A DNA stretch of 64,000 nt from the human T2T-CHM13v2.0 reference genome, Homo sapiens: the NCBI RefSeq assembly GCF_009914755.1, contig NC_060946.1; one strand, written 5' to 3'. Below the pieces are notes generated by a model. That model had not been told where the DNA came from, made no database searches, and saw only the letters and a list, made by a program, of their open reading frames with translations. Position 1 is the stretch's first letter. Each line of letters opens with the position of its first letter. A program made the position numbers and the translations under genes. This document shows positions 1 through 11,100 of the stretch, one piece after another.

Positions 1-187
1 TAGTTTTTATTTGAAGATATTTCCTTTCTCACCATAGACCTGAAAGCTGTCCTAATGTTCACTTCCAGATACTACAGAAAGAGTGTTTCAAAACTGCTGT
101 ATGAAAGGGAATGTTCAACTCTGTGACTTGAATGCACACATCACAAAGAAGTTTCTGAGGATGCTGCTGTCTACTTTTTATATGTAA

Positions 188-204
188 TCCCGTTTCCAAC
201 GAAA
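188..204 (-). promoter_or_regulatory. CENP-B box (1 of 4 per HOR)
   Basis: The + strand TCCCGTTTCCAACGAAA is the reverse complement of TTTCGTTGGAAACGGGA, matching the consensus YTTCGTTGGAARCGGGA. It repeats in every HOR, about 188 box positions in the window. Confidence 0.97.
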
Positions 205-529
205 TCCTCCAAGCTATCCAAATATCCACTTGCAGATTCCACAGAAAGACTGTTTCAAAACTGCTCTGTCAATAGAAAGGTTCAACTCTGTTAGCTGCGT
301 GCATATATCCCAAAGAAGATTCTGAGATTGCTTCTGTCTAGTTTTTATGGGAAGATATTTCCCTTTTCACCGTAGGCGTCAAGGCGCTCCAAATGTCCAC
401 TTCCAGATACTACAAAAAGAGTGTTTCAAACCTACTCTGTGAAAGGGAATATTCAACTCTGTGACTTGAATGCACATATCACAAAGAAGTTTCTGAGAAT
501 GCTTCTGTCGAGATTTTATATGAAGATAT

Positions 530-546
530 TCCCGTTTCCAACGAAA
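530..546 (-). promoter_or_regulatory. CENP-B box (2 of 4 per HOR)
   Basis: TCCCGTTTCCAACGAAA, 342 bp after the first box. Confidence 0.97.
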
Positions 547-871
547 TCCTGAAATCTATCCAAATATCCCCTCGCAGATTCTACAAAAAGAGTGTTTCAA
601 AACTGCTCTGTAAAAAGAAAGGTTCAACTCTGTTAGTTGAGTACACACATCACAAACAAGTTTCACAGAATGCTTCTTTCTAGCTTGTAGGGGAAGATAT
701 TCCCTTTATCACCATGGGCCTCCAACCGTCCGAAACGTCCACTTCCATATACTACAAAAAGAGCGTTTCAAACCTGCTCTAGGAAAGGCAATGTTCAACT
801 CTGTGACTTGAATGCAGACATCACAGAGCAGTTTCTGAGAATGCTTCTGTCTAGATTTTATAGGAAGATAT

Positions 872-888
872 TCCCGTTTCCAACGAAA
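872..888 (-). promoter_or_regulatory. CENP-B box (3 of 4 per HOR)
   Basis: TCCCGTTTCCAACGAAA, 342 bp after the second box. Confidence 0.97.
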
Positions 889-1213
889 TCTTCACAGCTA
901 TCCAAATATCCACTTGCAGATTCTACAAAAAGAGTGTATCAAAACTGCTCTGTCAAAAGGAAGGTTCTTCTCTGTTAGGTGAGTGCATACGTCATAAAGG
1001 AGTTTCTGAGAATGTTTCTGTCTAGTGGTTATGGGAAGATATTTGCTTTTTCACCGTAGGCCTCAGAGCGCTCCAAATATCCACTTGCACATACTACAAA
1101 AAGAGTGCCTCAAAGCTGCTCTCTGAAACGGAATGTTCAACTCTATGAGTTGAATGCAAACATCACAAAGACGTTTCTGAGAATGCTTCTGTCTAGATTT
1201 GATATGAAGATAT

Positions 1214-1230
1214 TCCCGTTTCCAACGAAA
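1214..1230 (-). promoter_or_regulatory. CENP-B box (4 of 4 per HOR)
   Basis: TCCCGTTTCCAACGAAA. The next box is at 1552, a 338-bp spacing. Confidence 0.97.
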
Positions 1231-2915
1231 TCTTCAAATCTATCCAAATGTCCACTTGCAGATTCAACAAAAAGTGTTTTTCAGAACTGCTCTATCAAAA
1301 GAAAGATCCACCTCTGTTAGCTGAGTTCACACATCACAAACAAGTTTATGAGAATGCTTCTGTCTAGTTTTTATTTGAAGATATTTCCTTTCTCACCATA
1401 GACCTGAAAGCTGTCCTAATGTTCACTTCCAGATACTACAGAAAGAGTGTTTCAAAACTGCTGTACGAAAGGGAATGTTCAACTCTGTGACTTGAATGCA
1501 CACATCACAAAGAAGTTTCTGAGGATGCTGCTGTCTACTTTTTATACGTAATCCCGTTTCCAACGAAATCCTCCAAGCTATCCAAATATCCACTTGCAGA
1601 TTCCACAGAAAGACTGTTTCAAAACTGCTCTGTCAATAGAAAGGTTCAACTCTGTTAGCTGCGTGCATATATCCCAAAGAAGATTCTGAGATTGCTTCTG
1701 TCTAGTTTTTATGGGAAGATATTTCCCTTTTCACCGTAGGCGTCAAGGCGCTCCAAATGTCCACTTCCAGATACTACAAAAAGAGTGTTTCAAACCTACT
1801 CTGTGAAAGGGAATATTCAACTCTGTGACTTGAATGCACATATCACAAAGAAGTTTCTGAGAATGCTTCTGTCGAGATTTTATATGAAGATATTCCCGTT
1901 TCCAACGAAATCCTGAAATCTATCCAAATATCCCCTCGCAGATTCTACAAAAAGAGTGTTTCAAAACTGCTCTGTAAAAAGAAAGGTTCAACTCTGTTAG
2001 TTGAGTACACACATCACAAACAAGTTTCACAGAATGCTTCTTTCTAGCTTGTAGGGGAAGATATTCCCTTTATCACCATGGTCCTCAAACCGTCCGAAAC
2101 GTCCACTTCCATATACTACAAAAAGAGCGTTTCAAACCTGCTCTAGGAAAGGCAATGTTCAACTCTGTGACTTGAATGCAGACATCACAGAACAGTTTCT
2201 GAGAATGCTTCTGTCTAGATTTTATAGGAAGATATTCCCGTTTCCAACGAAATCTTCACAGCTATCCAAATATCCACTTGCAGATTCTACAAAAAGAGTG
2301 TATCAAAACTGCTCTGTCAAAAGGAAGGTTCTTCTCTGTTAGGTGAGTGCATACGTCATAAAGGAGTTTCTGAGAATGTTTCTGTCCAGTGGTTATGGGA
2401 AGATATTTGCTTTTTCACCGTAGGCCTCAGAGCGCTCCAAATATCCACTTGCACATACTACAAAAAGAGTGCCTCAAAGCTGCTCTCTGAAACGGAATGT
2501 TCAACTCTATGAGTTGAATGCAAACATCACAAAGACGTTTCTGAGAATGCTTCTGTCTAGATTTGATATGAAGATATTCCCGTTTCCAACGAAATCTTCA
2601 AATCTATCCAAATGTCCACTTGCAGATTCAACAAAAAGTGTTTTTCAGAACTGCTCTATCAAAAGAAAGATCCACCTCTGTTAGCTGAGTTCACACATCA
2701 CAAACAAGTTTATGAGAATGCTTCTGTCTAGTTTTTATTTGAAGATATTTCCTTTCTCACCATAGACCTGAAAGCTGTCCTAATGTTCACTTCCAGATAC
2801 TACAGAAAGAGTGTTTCAAAACTGCTGTACGAAAGGGAATGTTCAACTCTGTGACTTGAATGCACACATCACAAAGAAGTTTCTGAGGATGCTGCTGTCT
2901 ACTTTTTATACGTAA

Positions 2916-2932
2916 TACCGTTTCCAACGAAA
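2916..2932 (-). promoter_or_regulatory. Mutated CENP-B box
   Basis: TACCGTTTCCAACGAAA (C>A at 2917) turns the core CGGG into CGGT on the minus strand. Confidence 0.9.
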
Positions 2933-5456
2933 TCCTCCAAGCTATCCAAATATCCACTTGCAGATTCCACAGAAAGACTGTTTCAAAACTGCTCTGTCAA
3001 TAGAAAGGTTCAACTCTGTTAGCTGCGTGCATATATCCCAAAGAAGATTCTGAGATTGCTTCTGTCTAGTTTTTATGGGAAGATATTTCCCTTTTCACCG
3101 TAGGCGTCAAGGCGCTCCAAATGTCCACTTCCAGATACTACAAAAAGAGTGTTTCAAACCTACTCTGTGAAAGGGAATATTCAACTCTGTGACTTGAATG
3201 CACATATCACAAAGAAGTTTCTGAGAATGCTTCTGTCGAGATTTTATATGAAGATATTCCCGTTTCCAACGAAATCCTGAAATCTATCCAAATATCCCCT
3301 CGCAGATTCTACAAAAAGAGTGTTTCAAAACTGCTCTGTAAAAAGAAAGGTTCAACTCTGTTAGTTGAGTACACACATCACAAACAAGTTTCACAGAATG
3401 CTTCTTTCTAGCTTGTAGGGGAAGATATTCCCTTTATCACCATGGTCCTCAAACCGTCCGAAACGTCCACTTCCATATACTACAAAAAGAGCGTTTCAAA
3501 CCTGCTCTAGGAAAGGCAATGTTCAACTCTGTGACTTGAATGCAGACATCACAGAACAGTTTCTGAGAATGCTTCTGTCTAGATTTTATAGGAAGATATT
3601 CCCGTTTCCAACGAAATCTTCACAGCTATCCAAATATCCACTTGCAGATTCTACAAAAAGAGTGTATCAAAACTGCTCTGTCAAAAGGAAGGTTCTTCTC
3701 TGTTAGGTGAGTGCATACGTCATAAAGGAGTTTCTGAGAATGTTTCTGTCTAGTGGTTATGGGAAGATATTTGCTTTTTCACCGTAGGCCTCAGAGCGCT
3801 CCAAATATCCACTTGCACATACTACAAAAAGAGTGCCTCAAAGCTGCTCTCTGAAACGGAATGTTCAACTCTATGAGTTGAATGCAAACATCACAAAGAC
3901 GTTTCTGAGAATGCTTCTGTCTAGATTTGATATGAAGATATTCCCGTTTCCAACGAAATCTTCAAATCTATCCAAATGTCCACTTGCAGATTCAACAAAA
4001 AGTGTTTTTCAGAACTGCTCTATCAAAAGAAAGATCCACCTCTGTTAGCTGAGTTCACACATCACAAACAAGTTTATGAGAATGCTTCTGTCTAGTTTTT
4101 ATTTGAAGATATTTCCTTTCTCACCATAGACCTGAAAGCTGTCCTAATGTTCACTTCCAGATACTACAGAAAGAGTGTTTCAAAACTGCTGTACGAAAGG
4201 GAATGTTCAACTCTGTGACTTGAATGCACACATCACAAAGAAGTTTCTGAGGATGCTGCTGTCTACTTTTTATACGTAATCCCGTTTCCAACGAAATCCT
4301 CCAAGCTATCCAAATATCCACTTGCAGATTCCACAGAAAGACTGTTTCAAAACTGCTCTGTCAATAGAAAGGTTCAACTCTGTTAGCTGCGTGCATATAT
4401 CCCAAAGAAGATTCTGAGATTGCTTCTGTCTAGTTTTTATGGGAAGATATTTCCCTTTTCACCGTAGGCGTCAAGGCGCTCCAAATGTCCACTTCCAGAT
4501 ACTACAAAAAGAGTGTTTCAAACCTACTCTGTGAAAGGGAATATTCAACTCTGTGACTTGAATGCACATATCACAAAGAAGTTTCTGAGAATGCTTCTGT
4601 CGAGATTTTATATGAAGATATTCCCGTTTCCAACGAAATCCTGAAATCTATCCAAATATCCCCTCGCAGATTCTACAAAAAGAGTGTTTCAAAACTGCTC
4701 TGTAAAAAGAAAGGTTCAACTCTGTTAGTTGAGTACACACATCACAAACAAGTTTCACAGAATGCTTCTTTCTAGCTTGTAGGGGAAGATATTCCCTTTA
4801 TCACCATGGGCCTCCAACCGTCCGAAACGTCCACTTCCATATACTACAAAAAGAGCGTTTCAAACCTGCTCTAGGAAAGGCAATGTTCAACTCTGTGACT
4901 TGAATGCAGACATCACAGAGCAGTTTCTGAGAATGCTTCTGTCTAGATTTTATAGGAAGATATTCCCGTTTCCAACGAAATCTTCACAGCTATCCAAATA
5001 TCCACTTGCAGATTCTACAAAAAGAGTGTATCAAAACTGCTCTGTCAAAAGGAAGGTTCTTCTCTGTTAGGTGAGTGCATACGTCATAAAGGAGTTTCTG
5101 AGAATGTTTCTGTCTAGTGGTTATGGGAAGATATTTGCTTTTTCACCGTAGGCCTCAGAGCGCTCCAAATATCCACTTGCACATACTACAAAAAGAGTGC
5201 CTCAGAGCTGCTCTCTGAAACGGAATGTTCAACTCTATGAGTTGAATGCAAACATCACAAAGACGTTTCCGAGAATGCTTCTGTCTAGATTTGATATGAA
5301 GATATTCCCGTTTCCAACGAAATCTTCAAATCTATCCAAATGTCCACTTGCAGATTCAACAAAAAGTGTTTTTCAGAACTGCTCTATCAAAAGAAAGATC
5401 CACCTCTGTTAGCTGAGTTCACACATCACAAACAAGTTTATGAGAATGCTTCTGTC

Positions 5457-6819
5457 TAGTTTTTATTTGAAGATATTTCCTTTCTCACCATAGACCTGAA
5501 AGCTGTCCTAATGTTCACTTCCAGATACTACAGAAAGAGTGTTTCAAAACTGCTGTACGAAAGGGAATGTTCAACTCTGTGACTTGAATGCACACATCAC
5601 AAAGAAGTTTCTGAGGATGCTGCTGTCTACTTTTTATACGTAATCCCGTTTCCAACGAAATCCTCCAAGCTATCCAAATATCCACTTGCAGATTCCACAG
5701 AAAGACTGTTTCAAAACTGCTCTGTCAATAGAAAGGTTCAACTCTGTTAGCTGCGTGCATATATCCCGAAGAAGATTCTGAGATTCCTTCTGTCTAGTTT
5801 TTATGGGAAGATATTTCCCTTTTCACCGTAGGCGTCAAGGCGCTCCAAATGTCCACTTCCAGATACTACAAAAAGAGTGTTTCAAACCTACTCTGTGAAA
5901 GGGAATATTCAACTCTGTGACTTGAATGCACATATCACAAAGAAGTTTCTGAGAATGCTTCTGTCGAGATTTTATATGAAGATATTCCCGTTTCCAACGA
6001 AATCCTGAAATCTATCCAAATATCCCCTCGCAGATTCTACAAAAAGAGTGTTTCAAAACTGTTCTGTAAAAAGAAAGGTTCAACTCTGTTAGTTGAGTAC
6101 ACACATCACAAACAAGTATCACAGAATGCTTCTTTCTAGCTTGTAGGGGAAGATATTCCCTTTATCACCATGGGCCTCAAACCGTCCGAAACGTCCACTT
6201 CCATATACTTCAAAAAGAGCGTTTCAAACCTGCTCTATGAAAGGCAATGTTCAACTCTGTGACTTGAATGCAGACATCACAGAGCTGTTTATGAGAATGC
6301 TTCTGTCTAGATTTTATAGGATGATATTCCCGTTTCCAACGAAATCTTCACAGCTATCCAAATATCCACTTGCAGATTCTACAAAAAGAGTGTATCCAAA
6401 CTGCTCTGGCAAAAGGAAGGTTCTTCTCTGTTAGGTGAGTGCATACGTCATAAAGGAGTTTCTGAGAATGTTTCTGTCTAGTGGTTATGGGAAGATATTT
6501 GCTTTTTCACCGTAGGCCTCAGAGCGCTCCAAATATCCACTTGCACATACTACAAAAAGAGTGCCTCAAAGCTGCTCTCTGAAATGGAATGTTCAACTCT
6601 ATGAGTTGAATGCAAACATCACAAAGACGTTTCTGAGAATGCTTCTGTCTAGATTTGATATGAAGATATTCCCGTTTCCAACGAAATCTTCAAATCTATC
6701 CAAATGTCCACTTCTATAATCAACAAAAAGTGTTTTTCAGAACTGCTCTATCAAAAGAAAGATCCACCTCTGTTAGCTGAGTTCACACATCCAAACAAGT
6801 TTATGAGAATGCTTCTGTC
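5457..6819 (-). repeat. First A-type variant HOR (1363 bp)
   Basis: Variant bases at 5768, 5786, 6062, 6118, 6210, 6286, 6291, 6322, 6397, 6409 and 6585, a cluster at 6714-6719, and a 1-bp deletion after 6791 (catccaaac vs catcacaaac). Confidence 0.9.
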
Positions 6820-8182
6820 TAGTTTTTATTTGAAGATATTTCCTTTCTCACCATAGACCTGAAAGCTGTCCTAATGTTCACTTCCAGATACTACAGAAAG
6901 AGTGTTTCAAAACTGCTGTACGAAAGGGAATGTTCAACTCTGTGACTTGAATGCACACATCACAAAGAAGTTTCTGAGGATGCTGCTGTCTACTTTTTAT
7001 ACGTAATCCCGTTTCCAACGAAATCCTCCAAGCTATCCAAATATCCACTTGCAGATTCCACAGAAAGACTGTTTCAAAACTGCTCTGTCAATAGAAAGGT
7101 TCAACTCTGTTAGCTGCGTGCATATATCCCAAAGAAGATTCTGAGATTGCTTCTGTCTAGTTTTTATGGGAAGATATTTCCCTTTTCACCGTAGGCGTCA
7201 AGGCGCTCCAAATGTCCACTTCCAGATACTACAAAAAGAGTGTTTCAAACCTACTCTGTGAAAGGGAATATTCAACTCTGTGACTTGAATGCACATATCA
7301 CAAAGAAGTTTCTGATAATGCTTCTGTCGAGATTTTATATGAAGATATTCCCGTTTCCAACGAAATCCTGAAATCTATCCAAATATCCCCTCGCAGATTC
7401 TACAAAAAGAGTGTTTCAAAACTGCTCTGTAAAAAGAAAGGTTCAACTCTGTTAGTTGAGTACACACATCACAAACAAGTTTCACAGAATGCTTCTTTCT
7501 AGCTTGTAGGGGAAGATATTCCCTTTATCACCATGGGCCTCCAACCGTCCGAAACGTCCACTTCCATATACTACAAAAAGAGCGTTTCAAACCTGCTCTA
7601 GGAAAGGCAATGTTCAACTCTGTGACTTGAATGCAGACATCACAGAGCAGTTTCTGAGAATGCTTCTGTCTAGATTTTATAGGAAGATATTCCCGTTTCC
7701 AACGAAATCTTCACAGCTATCCAAATATCCACTTGCAGATTCTACAAAAAGAGTGTATCAAAACTGCTCTGTCAAAAGGAAGGTTCTTCTCTGTTAGGTG
7801 AGTGCATACGTCATAAAGGAGTTTCTGAGAATGTTTCTGTCTAGTGGTTATGGGAAGATATTTGCTTTTTCACCGTAGGCCTCAGAGCGCTCCAAATATC
7901 CACTTGCACATACTACAAAAAGAGTGCCTCAAAGCTGCTCTTTGAAAGGGAATGTTCAACTCTATGAGTTGAATGCAAACATCACAAAGACGTTTCTGAG
8001 AATGCTTCTGTCTAGATTTGATATGAAGATATTCCCGTTTCCAACGAAATCTTCAAATCTATCCAAATGTCCACTTCTATAATCAACAAAAAGTGTTTTT
8101 CAGAACTGCTCTATCAAAAGAAAGATCCACCTCTGTTAGCTGAGTTCACACATCCAAACAAGTTTATGAGAATGCTTCTGTC

Positions 8183-11100
8183 TAGTTTTTATTTGAAGAT
8201 ATTTCCTTTCTCACCATAGACCTGAAAGCTGTCCTAATGTTCACTTCCAGATACTACAGAAAGAGTGTTTAAAAACTGCTGTACGAAAGGGAATGTTCAA
8301 CTCTGTGACTTGAATGCACACATCACAAAGAAGTTTCTGAGGATGCTGCTGTCTACTTTTTATACGTAATCCCGTTTCCAACGAAATCCTCCAAGCTATC
8401 CAAATATCCACTTGCAGATTCCACAGAAAGACTGTTTCAAAACTGCTCTGTCAATAGAAAGGTTCAACTCTGTTAGCTGCGTGCATATATCCCAAAGAAG
8501 ATTCTGAGATTGCTTCTGTCTAGTTTTTATGGGAAGATATTTCCCTTTTCACCGTAGGTGTCAAGGCGCTCCAAATGTCCACTTCCAGATACTACAAAAA
8601 GAGTGTTTCAAACCTACTCTGTGAAAAGGAATATTCAACTCTGTGACTTTAATGCACATATCACAAAGAAGTTTCTGAGAATGCTTCTGTCGAGATTTTA
8701 TATGAAGATATTCCCGTTTCCAACGAAATCCTGAAATCTATCCAAATATCCCCTCGCAGATTCTACAAAAAGAGTGTTTCAAAACTGCTCTGTAAAAAGA
8801 AAGGTTCAACTCTGTTAGTTGAGTACACACATCACAAACAAGTTTCACAGAATGCTTCTTTCTAGCTTGTAGGGGAAGATATTCCCTTTATCACCATGGG
8901 CCTCCAACCGTCCGAAACGTCCACTTCCATATACTACAAAAAGAGCGTTTCAAACCTGCTCTATGAAAGGCAATGTTCAACTCTGTGACTTGAATGCAGA
9001 CATCACAGAGCAGTTTCTGAGAATGCTTCTGTCTAGATTTTATAGGAAGATATTCCCGTTTCCAACGAAATCTTCACAGCTATCCAAATATCCACTTGCA
9101 GATTCTACAAAAAGAGTGTATCAAAACTGCTCTGTCAAAAGGAAGGTTCTTCTCTGTTAGGTGAGTGCATACGTCATAAAGGAGTTTCTGAGAATGTTTC
9201 TGTCTAGTGGTTATGGGAAGATATTTGCTTTTTCACCGTAGGCCTCAGAGCGCTCCAAATATCCACTTGCACATACTACAAAAAGAGTGCCTCAGAGCTG
9301 CTCTCTGAAACGGAATGTTCAACTCTATGAGTTGAATGCAAACATCACAAAGACGTTTCTGAGAATGCTTCTGTCTAGATTTGATATGAAGATATTCCCG
9401 TTTCCAACGAAATCTTCAAATCTATCCAAATGTCCACTTGCAGATTCAACAAAAAGTGTTTTTCAGAACTGCTCTATCAAAAGAAAGATCCACCTCTGTT
9501 AGCTGAGTTCACACATCACAAACAAGTTTATGAGAATGCTTCTGTCTAGTTTTTATTTGAAGATATTTCCTTTCTCACCATAGACCTGAAAGCTGTCCTA
9601 ATGTTCACTTCCAGATACTACAGAAAGAGTGTTTCAAAACTGCTGTACGAAAGGGAATGTTCAACTCTGTGACTTGAATGCACACATCACAAAGAAGTTT
9701 CTGAGGATGCTGCTGTCTACTTTTTATACGTAATCCCGTTTCCAACGAAATCCTCCAAGCTATCCAAATATCCACTTGCAGATTCCACAGAAAGACTGTT
9801 TCAAAACTGCTCTGTCAATAGAAAGGTTCAACTCTGTTAGCTGCGTGCATATATCCCGAAGAAGATTCTGAGATTCCTTCTGTCTAGTTTTTATGGGAAG
9901 ATATTTCCCTTTTCACCGTAGGCGTCAAGGCGCTCCAAATGTCCACTTCCAGATACTACAAAAAGAGTGTTTCAAACCTACTCTGTGAAAGGGAATATTC
10001 AACTCTGTGACTTGAATGCACATATCACAAAGAAGTTTCTGAGAATGCTTCTGTCGAGATTTTATATGAAGATATTCCCGTTTCCAACGAAATCCTGAAA
10101 TCTATCCAAATATCCCCTCGCAGATTCTACAAAAAGAGTGTTTCAAAACTGTTCTGTAAAAAGAAAGGTTCAACTCTGTTAGTTGAGTACACACATCACA
10201 AACAAGTATCACAGAATGCTTCTTTCTAGCTTGTAGGGGAAGATATTCCCTTTATCACCATGGGCCTCAAACCGTCCGAAACGTCCACTTCCATATACTT
10301 CAAAAAGAGCGTTTCAAACCTGCTCTATGAAAGGCAATGTTCAACTCTGTGACTTGAATGCAGACATCACAGAGCTGTTTATGAGAATGCTTCTGTCTAG
10401 ATTTTATAGGATGATATTCCCGTTTCCAACGAAATCTTCACAGCTATCCAAATATCCACTTGCAGATTCTACAAAAAGAGTGTATCCAAACTGCTCTGGC
10501 AAAAGGAAGGTTCTTCTCTGTTAAGTGAGTGCATACGTCATAAAGGAGTTTCTGAGAATGTTTCTGTCTAGTGGTTATGGGAAGATATTTGCTTTTTCAC
10601 CGTAGGCCTCAGAGCGCTCCAAATATCCACTTGCACATACTACAAAAAGAGTGCCTCAAAGCTGCTCTCTGAAATGGAATGTTCAACTCTATGAGTTGAA
10701 TGCAAACATCACAAAGACGTTTCTGAGAATGCTTCTGTCTAGATTTGATATGAAGATATTCCCGTTTCCAACGAAATCTTCAAATCTATCCAAATGTCCA
10801 CTTCTATAATCAACAAAAAGTGTTTTTCAGAACTGCTCTATCAAAAGAAAGATCCACCTCTGTTAGCTGAGTTCACACATCCAAACAAGTTTATGAGAAT
10901 GCTTCTGTCTAGTTTTTATTTGAAGATATTTCCTTTCTCACCATAGACCTGAAAGCTGTCCTAATGTTCACTTCCAGATACTACAGAAAGAGTGTTTCAA
11001 AACTGCTGTACGAAAGGGAATGTTCAACTCTGTGACTTGAATGCACACATCACAAAGAAGTTTCTGAGGATGCTGCTGTCTACTTTTTATACGTAATCCC

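Larger units (their letters stand above)
1..1364 (-). repeat. Representative 8-mer HOR unit, probably SF2 D14Z9/D22Z1 (alphaXT; S2C14/22H1L)
   Basis: Four dimers of 342/342/342/338 bp. XbaI TCTAGA lies at 850 and 1192 and TaqI TCGA at 508 and 1872, giving a 680-bp XbaI-TaqI fragment, consistent with the alphaXT(680) family of chr14/22. The assignment is from recall. Chr14 and chr22 cannot be separated here, and the ~1.36-kb chr18/chr20 HORs are not formally excluded without alignment. Confidence 0.75.
1..5456 (-). repeat. Left flank: four canonical-type 1364-bp HOR copies
   Basis: Strict 1364-bp period with 'ctctagg' and without the A/B marker sets. Copies 2 and 3 share ggTcctcaaacc and cagaAcag. 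Confidence 0.9.

Noticed and set aside
6715-6720. TATAAT as a bacterial -10 promoter element
   Set aside because: This is eukaryotic satellite DNA with no downstream gene. The match is incidental to a mutation cluster.
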